Positions 46,533-59,100 of a stretch of DNA of 64,000 bases are shown piece by piece (within the stretch, counting starts at the first letter, position 1; each line of letters starts with the position of its first letter). The stretch is from an uncultured virus (IMG/VR IMGVR_UViG_3300018080_000169) (Duplodnaviria > Heunggongvirae > Uroviricota > Caudoviricetes). Where the stretch lies: the IMG/VR virus record IMGVR_UViG_3300018080_000169. One strand, written 5' to 3'. The notes beneath the pieces are model-generated. The model was given only the letters and a program-made list of their open reading frames with translations, made no database searches and had not been told where the DNA came from. Position numbers and translations under genes: made by a program.

Positions 46533-47273
46533 TTAAACTTCAACAAACACTCTTTTATTCTTATCCCTGCTATAACCTAAAATCCCTTTTTTCTTTAATA
46601 ACTCATTTGCTTTGCTTGCTTCACTACTTGCGGGTTGTACTCCATGTAATAATAAAGCAAAAGGTTCGCCCTGTTTTGATGCTAAACTATCATCGTGGTC
46701 TATTTCAAGCCATTTAGCTTCAGCTTCTTCTTCTGAAAATACAACTTCAGCATATCTTAAATTAAACTCATTTATTAATCTGTCGTGAGTTCCACCTTTT
46801 GAAGCAGTTAAAATAAAATTATCTGGTATTTCATTAATTCTTTTTACCCAAAACGGCAATGCTTTTGTATAAGCATAAAAAATTATATCTGGGAGTTTTT
46901 TAATAACTTCTAACCATGAATCAAAATACTCTTGTGAAAAAAAATCACCTGAAGTATGCAAACGAAATCTTAATGCGTATTTTACTTCAGTGTTTACAAT
47001 AGAGTTATATATTAATTCTGTTAAATTATCAGCATGTTGTAACAATAAATAATTATACCATCTTAAAGCTCTTGCTTTTTTTCTTAATCCTTCACTACTT
47101 GCAGAAAAACATCTAAATTTTGTATATTTGCCGTCTGTTATTTTGCCCGTATATCTATCAGCTTTTGAAAGACAGAGTTTTGCGAAAGGACAACTATAAC
47201 CTGCCACTAAATCAAAAATAGCTGTGAATTTGTTTATTTTAGCATTTCCAGTTGTAAATTTTAAATAATCCAT
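46533..47273 (-). CDS. GP88-like protein (radical-SAM-like fold)
   Basis: GN.K, AG.SCP.A..C...C, FRLH.SGDF, FYAYTK. Confidence 0.65.
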   Translation of the reverse strand: MDYLKFTTGNAKINKFTAIFDLVAGYSCPFAKLCLSKADRYTGKITDGKYTKFRCFSASSEGLRKKARALRWYNYLLLQHADNLTELIYNSIVNTEVKYALRFRLHTSGDFFSQEYFDSWLEVIKKLPDIIFYAYTKALPFWVKRINEIPDNFILTASKGGTHDRLINEFNLRYAEVVFSEEEAEAKWLEIDHDDSLASKQGEPFALLLHGVQPASSEASKANELLKKKGILGYSRDKNKRVFVEV

Positions 47274-47306
47274 ATTCGTTTTTTGTCTTTATAACGAATT
47301 TGGAAT

Positions 47307-48206
47307 TTAAAGTAATGAAAATATATTATTTAATTTTTTTTCAATATTCTGATTGTATTTAATTCTTATCATTTTTATATTATTTTTTACACAAAAATCA
47401 TTTTTGATTTTATCTCTTTTTTGCGTTTCTTTTAAACCTTTTTCGCCTCCCCAAAAATTTATTGGCTCAAAATGTTGTCTTCCATCAAATTTTATACATA
47501 TATTATATTTTGGAATATAGAAATCAAATTTATATTTTTTAATTTTTTTATATTTTTCAAAAATTTTATTATATTCGTAATCAATATTATTTTTTTCTAA
47601 AAAATTAATTATTTTAATTTCTCCTTTTGAAGTTTTACATTTTGGACATCCATGACCATTAAGATGACTTTTAGCTTTTTGTAAAAACTCTCCATGTTCT
47701 TTACAAATAATTATTACTTTTTTAAATGCTCCATCATATCTTGTTTTACAATAATCATATTTATTATTATGAATTTTAGTAGATTCTTTTATAAATTCTT
47801 CTGTTGTTTTCTTTTTATTTCCACTACATCTTGCACATCCGAAACCTTTTTTGTGATGTTTTGGGGATTGATAAAAAGACCCGTGTTTTTTGCAAATTAT
47901 TTCCACTTTAGTATTAATATTAATATAATTAACTTTTGAATAATCATATTTATTTCCGTGAACATGTTTGAATTGATTTATAATTTTTTCATTAGTTAAT
48001 TTTATGTTTCCTGCACAATAAGGACATCCTTGTTTTTTATTATAATGTTTAAGCGGAGCTTGTTTAAATTCTCCATGTTCTTTACAAATAATTATAACAG
48101 GTGTAAAACAATCTATATAAACAGATTTTGAATAATCATATCTATTCCCATGAACTTTTTTACAATTATCTATAAATTGTTTTTGAGTAAATTTTATTTT
48201 TTTCAT
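47307..48206 (-). CDS. second DUF723-repeat / Vsr-like endonuclease
   Basis: Three H(G/N)N(R/K)YDY...C..HG...GC..C repeats; FDFY...IKFDGRQH. Confidence 0.75.
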   Translation of the reverse strand: MKKIKFTQKQFIDNCKKVHGNRYDYSKSVYIDCFTPVIIICKEHGEFKQAPLKHYNKKQGCPYCAGNIKLTNEKIINQFKHVHGNKYDYSKVNYININTKVEIICKKHGSFYQSPKHHKKGFGCARCSGNKKKTTEEFIKESTKIHNNKYDYCKTRYDGAFKKVIIICKEHGEFLQKAKSHLNGHGCPKCKTSKGEIKIINFLEKNNIDYEYNKIFEKYKKIKKYKFDFYIPKYNICIKFDGRQHFEPINFWGGEKGLKETQKRDKIKNDFCVKNNIKMIRIKYNQNIEKKLNNIFSLL

Positions 48207-48623
48207 TTGTATATTTTATTATAAATATACAAAAAAAACAAAAGTGGAGAGGTGGCAAATCCACTTAATAACAGCATTATCCATTAACTTCTTTAAAAAG
48301 TTTATTCAGTTCATCCTCCGTCATTTCTTTAATACCGCTACGCTTTTTAAGAATTAATGCTTTTACAAACTTTATTTTTTTTACTACATTAGTAAAAAGT
48401 TCATATTCTAATTCAATCAAAGCATCAGACAAATGACTTTGCATAACTATATCAATATCAAGTTTCATAACTTTTATTTTATATAACGAATTGAAATTTT
48501 AAAGTAACGAAGTTTCCGAAGGAATAATGAAAAAAGGGACTAAAAAATCTAGTCCCCAACAAACAAAAAAATATATGATTATTATAATCCTTAATAAAAC
48601 TATCACAGAAAAATTAAGGATTG

Positions 48624-48695
48624 TATGAGGGGCAGGAGTTGAACACTGCGACACACAGCTTTTCGGACTGTTGCTCTACCACTGAGCTACCCCCA
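48624..48695 (-). tRNA. tRNA-Phe-like gene, degenerate (6-nt loop CCGAAA, T-stem bulge)
   Basis: Minus strand GTGGGGGTAGCTCAGTGGTAGAGCAACAGTCCGAAAGCTGTGTGTCGCAGTGTTCAACTCCTGCCCCTCATA. Confidence 0.65.
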
Positions 48696-50058
48696 CTTAA
48701 ATAAGGTTCACTAAAAATATAAAAAGTTTTTCTTGAAAAATAAAGGAAAATTTAAAAAAATTTTTTATAAATCAACTAAGTATCCATCAGTTTCACAATT
48801 TGGGCAACCAAAGAAAAAACCGCCCTCATCTTCAAATTGTTTTAGTGGTTCAATACCTGCTTTATCAGGATATTCTTTTGCATTTATCTGGGGATTTAAG
48901 TCTTCAAATATCCCCTCACAATTATTACATTTACATAGTTTCATGCTGTTTTTTATTTATATAACGAATTTAATTTTTAAAGTAACGAAGTTTCTGAAAG
49001 AATAATGAAAAGGGAGAGCCTACTTTGTAAGCTCTTCCAAAAATCCTTTTGCCATTTCAATAGCTTCATCATAATCATAAGCTACATCATAGTCATCAGA
49101 TATGTCATTGCCGTCTTTGTCAATTTCAACAAATGCAAACCAATTATTATTACCCCACCCGTCATGTTCACTTAATTTATTCAGGTCTTTATCTTTAAGG
49201 TCTCTTTCCAATGCTTCAGTTACAGCTTGTTCATTTTTAAACACATCACCATCTTCTTCAAAACACACTCTAATTTCGCCCCTTGTTTCAATGCTGATAA
49301 TTCTGCCTTTATGTTCAACTGTGGCTATTTGTCCGTCTCCTTTATACCAGAACGAATCCTTTTTGTCTTCACCTAATTTTGATACTATTGTATTTACTTT
49401 CATGTTATTTGTTTTTTTATTTATAAAAGCCCCCACTCAATTTAAGTGGGGGAGAGTTTTTATTTTTTATTCTTCAAATTCTTCACCGTTCCCAAAAATC
49501 GTTTTGTCATTCTCATATACTTCTATTGTTGAGCAACCACCATTTTCTTCAACTGTCATTTGTTCCTCAACATTATCCATTTTTTAGCACTCAACATTCA
49601 TGTCGCCTTCTTCAGCTAACAAATCAAATATATCATCAGCACAATTAACTTTACCTGCTTTAATTGCGTCTAATACTTTTTGTTCCTGGTCAGGTTCAAC
49701 TGTTACCTGTTCCCATGTTGTAATTTTAAATTGAAATTTTATATTATTTTCTCCTTTTTATTTATATAACGAATTAAACTTTTAAAGTAATGAAATATAA
49801 AAGCCCCCACTCTATTTAAGTGGGGGAGAATTTTAATAATCTATTTCGGGAGATGTAACAAATCCTTTATGACAAAAACCTGTTATATTAGAAATTTCAT
49901 CACTAATAAACTCATTAATTTCATATCCGTCTTCTATGTCTTCAGGGACTTCTATTTCTAACTCTTCAGGCAAATTAATATCTTCTCCGTCTGTGTCATA
50001 AATTATATCAGTAACAAGATATTTCATATTATTTTCTCCTTTTTATTTATATAACGAA

Positions 50059-50952
50059 TTAAACTTTTAAAGTAATAGGTTTGTCAATTTTTTTGACTTC
50101 AACTTTATCTCTATAAGATATGTTTCTATATCTTATTTTTTCAGCCATTTTATTAGCTTTCTTTTCATCAACAAATTTCTTTACAGCCCAACTATCAGAA
50201 TAATAGATATATTTAAAGCCATATTTTGTATTTTTAACAAAGTATCCAACTCCGTCAATATATATTACATAGAAAAATGGAAATTCTTTTTCAACTTTTT
50301 CTTTTTTAGTTTTAACATTAAGATAATGTCTCATATTTTTGAGAGCATATTCACCCATGCAAAAATCAAAACTGTATCTTACTTTTGTCCCTTTGTAATA
50401 CTCATCAAATTTTTTGATAACTTCAACCAATTCTTCAGTCGTCTTTGGCATTTCTGAAGGGAGAGCTTCTTTTTTTGCTTCTTTAAGTTCTTTGTCATAT
50501 AAACTTTCCCAAACAAATATTCTAACTCTTATATGATATTCAGCAAGTTCTTCAACTGTCTTTGCATTTTTTATACCATACATATAAACATTTTTAAAAG
50601 CTCCAAATGATGTCCCGCTTGTGTGTTTACCATATAAAGCAATAGCAGAAAAGTACCCAAATCTTTTGTCAGAATAAACGTCCCAATCAGGGGTTTCTTC
50701 TAATGTCTTTTTATTTCTTTCAATTAAACTATCTCTATATTCTGTTAAACTTTTTTCAAAGTCTTCTTTTGTTGCAATAGTTTTGCCATTTGAAAAATAT
50801 GTACTAACGCCCCAACTTCGGCTTCTTCTTTCTTTGCCCCTTTTGCCATAAGAAACATCGAAAACATTATTATCCCCAGAAAGTATCATAGGCACAAATT
50901 GATTTTCGCCTACTTTGATAAATTGTTTGTCGTAAATAATATGATAACTCAT
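50059..50952 (-). CDS. hypothetical protein
   Basis: 297 aa; C-terminus overlaps the next class II unit. Confidence 0.6.
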   Translation of the reverse strand: MSYHIIYDKQFIKVGENQFVPMILSGDNNVFDVSYGKRGKERRSRSWGVSTYFSNGKTIATKEDFEKSLTEYRDSLIERNKKTLEETPDWDVYSDKRFGYFSAIALYGKHTSGTSFGAFKNVYMYGIKNAKTVEELAEYHIRVRIFVWESLYDKELKEAKKEALPSEMPKTTEELVEVIKKFDEYYKGTKVRYSFDFCMGEYALKNMRHYLNVKTKKEKVEKEFPFFYVIYIDGVGYFVKNTKYGFKYIYYSDSWAVKKFVDEKKANKMAEKIRYRNISYRDKVEVKKIDKPITLKV

Positions 50953-51428
50953 GTTCGCTCCTTTTTTTTATTATAACGAATTAATATTTTAAAGTAACGA
51001 AGTTTGCGAAGTAATATTAAAAGTTTATAGTTTTTGTTCTTCCTAACAAAGTAAATTTACTTTTATCTCCAAGATATGTTAAACGAATATTTATTGCCAT
51101 TCTTACAGCATCTTCCAAATTGTTAGCTACAAAATAAACTTTGCTTAAACTTCCAATCGTAAATCTAACATAAAATTTTAGACGTTCAATATCCAAACTA
51201 TCATCTTTGTATTTTTCAATCCTATATGATATTTCTTCCCTTTTCAAATAATCTTTAACAGTTCCGTTAAAATCTAATGTTTTTGTCCTAAAATTCCACC
51301 AATGAATTATTAAATTAGAATTTAAAATTCTTTTAATTTCATCTTTATTATGCTTTTCCATTGTTTGCTCCTTTTTTTGTTTGTATAACGAATTTGTTTT
51401 TTAAAGCAATGAAAAGGGAGAATCCCTC

Positions 51429-52571
51429 TTAAACTAAAGAGGGAGACTTCTTTTTATCATATATTTTGTAAACTTTTTCATGGTCAAAGAAAAACATATC
51501 GCCTGTAACTTCTTTTAAAAAATTCTGCAATATAGTTTTAAAGCCATTTTTCATTTTGCCATTTTCAGCTCTGCCTTTTAAAACCATAGCCCGAAGTAGC
51601 CAAGTCAATACATCAACTTGTCCGCAAACTTTCTCGCTTGTTTTCTTAAATTTAATTTCTTTATCCCAGAAACGAAAACTTGCAACTGAAAAGCCATCAA
51701 ATTTATATACCATGTTTATAGTTTTAAAAGTCGCCTTAAATCTTTCTTGCAATTCTTCAAACGTATAGTCTTTTACAAATTGTTCAACTATATCGCCCCA
51801 CTCATTAAAAGCTGTTTTGTAAACCATAGGGAGAAAGTAACAAGGATTTTCAACTAATCCAATTTCACAAGCCCTATTATAAACATCAAGTAAAAATTTG
51901 CTATCACCTTCAACACTACCAGAAAGAGGCATTAAAGGAATAAGCATAACAGCCCTGCCGTCTTTTGTTTTATATAAATCATTATATAAATCATCAACAT
52001 AAATTCTGTTTTTCATAAATTTTGGTTCATCAACATTGCCAAACGCAACCCAGAATTTATTATCTCCTGCACCCCAACCTTTACAAAGCAAAACGCCACT
52101 CTGTAAATCTGTGTTAGTTCTTTGCTCAATAGGTAATTTTTTAGGAGACTGCTTTTTCTTTTCAAGCCCTTTAATAATAACTTTTTGCTTCTCTGTTATT
52201 TCTGCCCTGTTTCCTAACTCATCTCCAGACTGAACATATTTAATCTTATCAATATTTTCCTCAATGAATTTTGCAATTAATTGCATTTGTTCTTCAGATG
52301 TTCTGCCAAAAGCAACATCAACCTGAAATAAACCTACTTCAGTCCAGTGATTAAACATATCTTTAAGCTCCTGGAGCTCTAAATCCCTGTCGTCAGGTTT
52401 TAGGTGTCGTTGATGAGATTTTACATTTGTATTAATGTCATTCAACCAATCAATATTATGTTTCTCCATTGTAAAATCGGTCTCAATACCCATATCTTTA
52501 AGAATAGCATTAACTTTTTGTATTTCGCTATCCTCTTCAGTTTTTAATTTTATAAATACTAATTGTCCCAT
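51429..52571 (-). CDS. hypothetical protein
   Basis: 380 aa ORF with its own class II promoter. Confidence 0.65.
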   Translation of the reverse strand: MGQLVFIKLKTEEDSEIQKVNAILKDMGIETDFTMEKHNIDWLNDINTNVKSHQRHLKPDDRDLELQELKDMFNHWTEVGLFQVDVAFGRTSEEQMQLIAKFIEENIDKIKYVQSGDELGNRAEITEKQKVIIKGLEKKKQSPKKLPIEQRTNTDLQSGVLLCKGWGAGDNKFWVAFGNVDEPKFMKNRIYVDDLYNDLYKTKDGRAVMLIPLMPLSGSVEGDSKFLLDVYNRACEIGLVENPCYFLPMVYKTAFNEWGDIVEQFVKDYTFEELQERFKATFKTINMVYKFDGFSVASFRFWDKEIKFKKTSEKVCGQVDVLTWLLRAMVLKGRAENGKMKNGFKTILQNFLKEVTGDMFFFDHEKVYKIYDKKKSPSLV

Positions 52572-52623
52572 AATGTTTGTGTTTTTTATTATATAACGAA
52601 TTTAATTTTTAAAGTAATGATAT

Positions 52624-53115
52624 TTATTCTTTTATGAAATAGCCATAAACACATCTTGTCCCCCCACGTGAACAATCGTAAGTATCATGTATAACTCCGT
52701 CTATCATAGCAGTTAGATGTTTAGATGTTCTTACAATTAATCTGCCATTTGGCAGTTCATCTGCCCTTAAATGTACTTTACAACCCTGTCCTATAAACAT
52801 TGTAGGTACCCATTTCCACCCTATACTCTTCAAATATTTTTCGTAAGTTACTCTAAAAACTCCATTCCTGGAATTAGATGTTTTACGTTTTCTTTTTCCT
52901 GTTCTTTCTCTTTCTGCTAATAAATTTAAAGTATTATAAACTTCTTTATAATCTTTTCCTGTGGTTATTGCTATTGAACGAGTTACACAATCCCTTACTT
53001 TTTCGGCTTTAAAATATTCACTTCTGCCACCGTCATTATATTGAAATTTTTGTGCAAAGGAATAATGCTCTCCATTTTTATAGCCAATTTCTGACCAAAT
53101 TATTTTTTCTTCCAT
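52624..53115 (-). CDS. hypothetical protein, possible papain-like Cys-His-Asp fold
   Basis: DCVTRSIA...HLTAMIDGVIHDT. Confidence 0.4.
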   Translation of the reverse strand: MEEKIIWSEIGYKNGEHYSFAQKFQYNDGGRSEYFKAEKVRDCVTRSIAITTGKDYKEVYNTLNLLAERERTGKRKRKTSNSRNGVFRVTYEKYLKSIGWKWVPTMFIGQGCKVHLRADELPNGRLIVRTSKHLTAMIDGVIHDTYDCSRGGTRCVYGYFIKE

Positions 53116-56100
53116 TTGTTTTGTTTTTATTATATAACGAATTTAATTTTTAAAGTAATGAAATTTTAACGTTGTCCAAAGCGTCCTTTATCTATCCAAA
53201 TTATCAATTCATTTTCGCTTGGTCTTAACATAACTGAACATTTTTTTGATAAAAGATAATTAACTATCTCATTCCTTTTTTTTGTGGAATATTCAAATTC
53301 CTCTAAATGTTCATATTTTATTCCTTCAATTTTGCTGTGCCAATATCCTATTTTTATTTTTTTCATTTGTTTTTATTTATATAACGAATTTAATTTTAAA
53401 AGTAATGAAATTCTACTTTAACTACAAAAAAAATATATTTAAAGTAACAATTAAAATGAAAAAAGAGGAGGACTTTCACCTCCTCCAAAAACAAACAAAC
53501 AGGCAATTTGTCCCAGAACGGGACTGAAAAGTTCTTTTATATCTTTAATCTGAACAACGCTTTTCTGTTTTCAGCATATCAGCTTCATAATTTTGAAGTA
53601 TTAACGAAATTTCATCTATTGTGTCTTCATCCAATTCTTCATACGCAACTGAAAATTCATCAACTTCTGTTTCGTGAACATACGTAACAACATCAACATC
53701 ATTATTATTAAATCTTTCAATCAGGGAGAAATTGTCTTTTCCTATTGTAGCATAAACAGGAGAGTTTTCTGATTCCAGTTCACCCATAGAAATACTACCC
53801 CATTCTTCAATAATTCTTTTTATTTCTGAAATTTTTTGTTCCTTAATATCTACTTCATGCCCAATTTCAACAACTTCTATCATTCCTTCATCATCAATAT
53901 TGCCATTAATTAATGCTTCTAAAATGTCTTTTGTGGTAGGAGATTTTTCTCCAACATACTTAATTTTAAATTCTTTTTTCATAGCTTTTGTTTTTATTTA
54001 TTATAACGAATTATTATTTTAAAGTAATGAATTTATGCTCCGCAACTTTCTAAAATATCATCAACTTCTTCCTGGTCATTCGGGGAGAGTTTTTTGTAAT
54101 AGCTTTGAAATTTATCTTTCAACGCTAAACATTCATCATCTTTACCCTCTCTTAAAAGTTCTTCAGCATCTAAAAACATTTGTGCAACTTCATCAGCTTC
54201 CAAAACTATATTTACATCAGGGTAAATTTTTTTTACAGTATCAATTAAAACTTTTCTGTCCTTTTCATCAGGACTAAAAAGTTCTAAACGTCTGCCACCT
54301 GGGCCCCAAATGTCTATTGAAAGGTCTGCAAAGTGGTCAAAAAACATTCTTTTGTATTCTTTATAAAAAAATATAGCCGTAACATTTGAGCCAACTTGAA
54401 TAACACATTTGTATTTGCCTAATTTAACTTCCCCAAAAACATCATTTTGGGTAACTTTTTCAATTAATCTTTTTAAATATCCCATGATTTTTGTTTTTGT
54501 TTATATAACGAATTTAATTTTTAAAGTAATGAAATTTATGTCAATAATGTAAATTATTTTAATTTCTCCACCAACGATAATATTGCGTTAACAGTTTTTT
54601 CATTTTCAAATAACTCTTTATCTACTTCTATTACATAATCAATATTAAATGTCTTTTTTTTCTTCCCTGTCTTCAGATTCATGTCCAATATTAATAAGTT
54701 ATGCACCATGTTTTACCATGCACACATAAACACTATACTTTGACCATGAACAACAAAAAACTGTCCATCCCGAAAATTCAGGAAATTCAATTTCTGTTAA
54801 ATCTTCTGTAGTTTTATTCTTCCTGATATTTGTTGTGTTTTTATTTGCTTCCAATACGATACAAGGTATATCATTTTTATTACTACCAGTAGCCGAAATT
54901 TTACCCCATTTATTTTTTGTGTCAATACAAAAAGCTATTACATTATCTGATTTTTGATAAGTAATACAATTGTTTACAGAAATAGCACCTTGATAAGTAA
55001 CACGGTGCATAACAACAGGTATATTTAATACCTGTGTTTCAGTGTTATTCAAGTTTTCTACTTTTTTCATCTTTATTTGTATTTTGATTGTTTATACTAT
55101 TTAATCAGGCACTAAACATATCTGTTGGATTGTGTTTGTAAGTTTTATGATTTCAATTTTTTTCATTGTATCTATATAATGAATAAAAATTATGAAATAA
55201 TGAATTAATATGTAACTTATAGCTCATCAAGCACATTAATAATTTCCTGTGAATAATCATCAATTAATTCATCAGTCATTAATTCATACCTACTATAAGG
55301 TAATTCTTTTTCAAATTTTTCAACTGCATTTTTAAATTTTTTTACATCATCAGTTGAGAAAGTTCTACTCATTGTATCAGATGAATGTTTGTCTATTGCT
55401 GTAATTGTTAGTAAATCCATAGCTTTTTTTATTTATATACCGAATTAAAATTTTAAAGTAATAAAAATCCCCCCACTCAAATTAAGGGGGAGAGTTCTTT
55501 TAATCTTCGTCTGGCAGTTCAGCAATTTCTTTTTCGCCTTCTTCGTGTTCTATTGCCCTGTCATTCCAGGTAATTATTTCATATTTTTTGCCTTCATATT
55601 CAAAAACTTCTGCATCGCCTGCATTTGAGTTTGTTTGACTTTCATCAATAGGATAATCATATAAAAATTCTCCATTTTCTAAAACGTCTTGAATGTTTGG
55701 TTTCATAGTGTTTTTTTGTTTATATAACGAATAAAAATTTTGAAGTAATGAATTATTACTCAAATTCAAAACTTATTTCAGTAACATACATATCAGCATC
55801 ATCAAAACCTGGATTTATCATTTTAAGATAATAAATATCAAAATATCCGAATGTATCTTCTTTTTTTGAATTAAACATGAAATTATAATCACAAGGTTTA
55901 TTATCAAAATTTGTGCAATCTTCTCCTTTAATTTCTTCATTAAAAATTTTGCTCAACTCTTGATTTAAGGTTTTTGATGAAAATCTTTTGCCAACAAGTT
56001 CTTCTAATTTGGCTACTATTGTTTTTTGAATATCTGTCATAATTCTTTTGTTTATATAACGAATTAAAAATTTAAAGTAATGAAATTAAACTCTGCCTCT

Positions 56101-59100
56101 TTTTTCAGCACAAGTATAACACATATCTTCATTTTCTATAAGCCCTGAAGTTTTGCCACATTTAACACAAAATCTGTCATTGTTAATATTATCAAACCAA
56201 ATAGTCAGGGAGTCTTTTATTTCATCATCTTTGACAAAAATATCAACAATTACACCGAGTTCATCTTTATCATTTTTTATATCAACAATATCGGTATCAC
56301 TAACTTTTTCATTTAAAAAATCTTTGATAATATCAACAATTTCTATTGCCCCGTCTTCGCCAACTATAAGGTCAGCAACTTCTTTTTCATCTAGAAACAA
56401 TGTATATGTTTCTTTTTCGTTGCCGTCATAAGTAATTACATTTTTTGCCATAGTGTTTTTATTTATATAACGAATAAAATTTTTAAAGTAATGAAATTGT
56501 TTATTAATTTTAGTAGCTTGTTTCAGCAGTTACTTCCCACCACCCACTATAACTAATGCCTTCTTCTCCTTTTTCAATATCTGTATCGTGCATAAAAACA
56601 TTGTCGCACAATTCTCCAGATGTATAACCTTCAACCCTCATTTCATTTATTCTTTTTTCAGCACTTTCCTCAAGTGCCTCTTTGTGATGGTCTAAAATTT
56701 CTCCTTCTTCATCTCGCCACCACCTATAAGTAATTATGATTTTCTTTTCCATAATATTTATATTTTTTAGTTAATTAAAATCATTTCCATTTGGTCTTTA
56801 ATAATATCAATAACCACATCAACCTCTTTAATACCGCTTATATGAAAATTCCATTTACCACTATATCTGTTTACACCTATAATTTTTTCATCTGCTAAAG
56901 AGGGATTATCAAATTTTGTAAAAACTGAATAACAATAATTGTTATCTTCATCAACTTTAATTTTTAAATTTCCTGCAATAGTTCTTAAATTATAAGGATA
57001 ACGATTATCAACTTTTTCTGCTCCGAGTTCAGTAATCATAGCAGTAACTTTTTTTACAAATTCTTTGCTTCTTTTTGCTGTTATTGTTTTTCTCATATCG
57101 TTTTTTTGTTTATATAACGAATTTATTTTTTAAAGTAATGAAGTTTATTTTTTAATTCCATGACTTTCAGGATAATTTTCAAATTCGCCCATATTGTCCC
57201 ATTCATCTAATAGTGTTTCAGGATGTTGCCAATCACAAAATTCAAATAATACTTCAGCTAATATTTCAGGGATTCCATTTACTCCCAATTCCTCAAAATG
57301 TTCTTTAGCCAAATTTACAAAATCCTGATAAGTATAACCTACGCCCTCTGTATAAAATTCTGCGTCATCTAATTCAGGGATATAACATACTTCATTTGTT
57401 TTTTCGCAAAATGCTTCAAAGTTTTTGTAAATATATCCCTGTTGAAAAAATTCTTTTTCAATTTTGCCGTTTTCGTGGATTTTACCAACTGTATCTAAAT
57501 ATGCCATAATGTTTTTATTTATATAACGAATTATTCTTTTAAAGTAATGAGTTTATATAAGTTTAATTTTTTGCATTTGGTACAACGCCAACCCTCTTTT
57601 CCTAAAAACCTTACACTTAAAAGTGCTTCCGCTTTACAACACGGACTTATGTTTCGTTTTTTATCCATTATATAATATAACGAATTAAAAGGGAGAAGTA
57701 ATGAATTATCCAAAAACAACTTCGCCCATAACTGCCAACTGAAACCAAATATCTGCATCGTTTGCATCATCTTCTTCTTTCAAAATATTGGCAAATATAT
57801 ACTGATAATCTTTTAATAAAATTTCTTCAGCTTTTTTAATGCTTTCAAGGTTTATTTCGCCCAATTTTTCATTTTCATTTTCAATATCAAATATCTCAAT
57901 AGTTTTACCTTTTTGAATAGCTGTAAAAAATGCTTCACTTAAACAGGGTTTTTCTTCTGTTTTATGTTCAGATATAAGTTTAGTATTTTTTTCATCTATC
58001 AAATACCAATAATTTGAACCGCCCTCTAAAGCAGTTATAATTAAATTTTCTCGTGCTTTATCATTTAATTTCATAGTGGTTGTTTTTATTTATATAACGA
58101 ATATTATTTTTAAAGTAATGAAAAAAAGGATACAAAAAATTGTATCCTTTTCAAACCAGGCTCCCCTTTATTACAGGGGAGAATTGAACTTAAACAAGCG
58201 AAATAGAAACAGGACTATATTGGTCAAGATAGTATCAACTACTAATATTTTTCTGTATTTTATTTTATACATTCTTACTACCCTTCGTATTGCTTTTTTT
58301 ATTGCCACTTCGTAAGCAATAAAAACCAGGACTAAAGTTGTTACAATCATTGGTACGATAGAATCTATTATATAAAACATATTTATTTTTCTCCTATTTT
58401 AAAATTAATTTTTTACTTTTCTTTTGTGGGACAGGCCCATTAAGCGTTCAGTATTTTGATTATGCCTGAATTTTCTTACGGCTTTAATCATTTCTTTGTC
58501 TTCTTTAGTGTGCTTTTTTCTTCTCATGACTTTTAATAAATTATTATTTTTAATCCCATATTATCAGTACGTATATTCATTAATGCTTTTCCAACTTTAT
58601 TGGCTAATTCTATTTCATCATCAGTTAAATACTCCAGAAAATCACCAATTCCTGTTAGAAACTCATCAAAACTTTCAACTACAATACCTGCTGTTGTATC
58701 TCCAAACATCCCTCGTCCTGAATAATCTTTTCTTAATTCAACATCTATTGACATTGATAGAGCTTCTTCAAAAGCTTGTGCATATTCCAATTTCATTATA
58801 CTTTTCCTCTACGTTTTTTAGTTTTTGTACTTTTTGCTAAAGCAATTTGTTCTGTAAAATCGGCAGGATTTTTACCTTCTGCTTTTAATTTTCTTGTAAG
58901 TTTTCTGCCTGGAAAATTTTTTCTTTTCATAGTTTGTTTAAATTTTAAGTTTAACAATTATTTATTATTATAACGAATTATTTTTTTAAAGTAATGAAAT
59001 TTACCAGTCAAAAAAACCTTTAGATTTTAACTCAACTTTTGACTTAATCCATTTTAACACTTCATCAGCATAATAACAAGTAGATAAGTCTTCCAAATAA

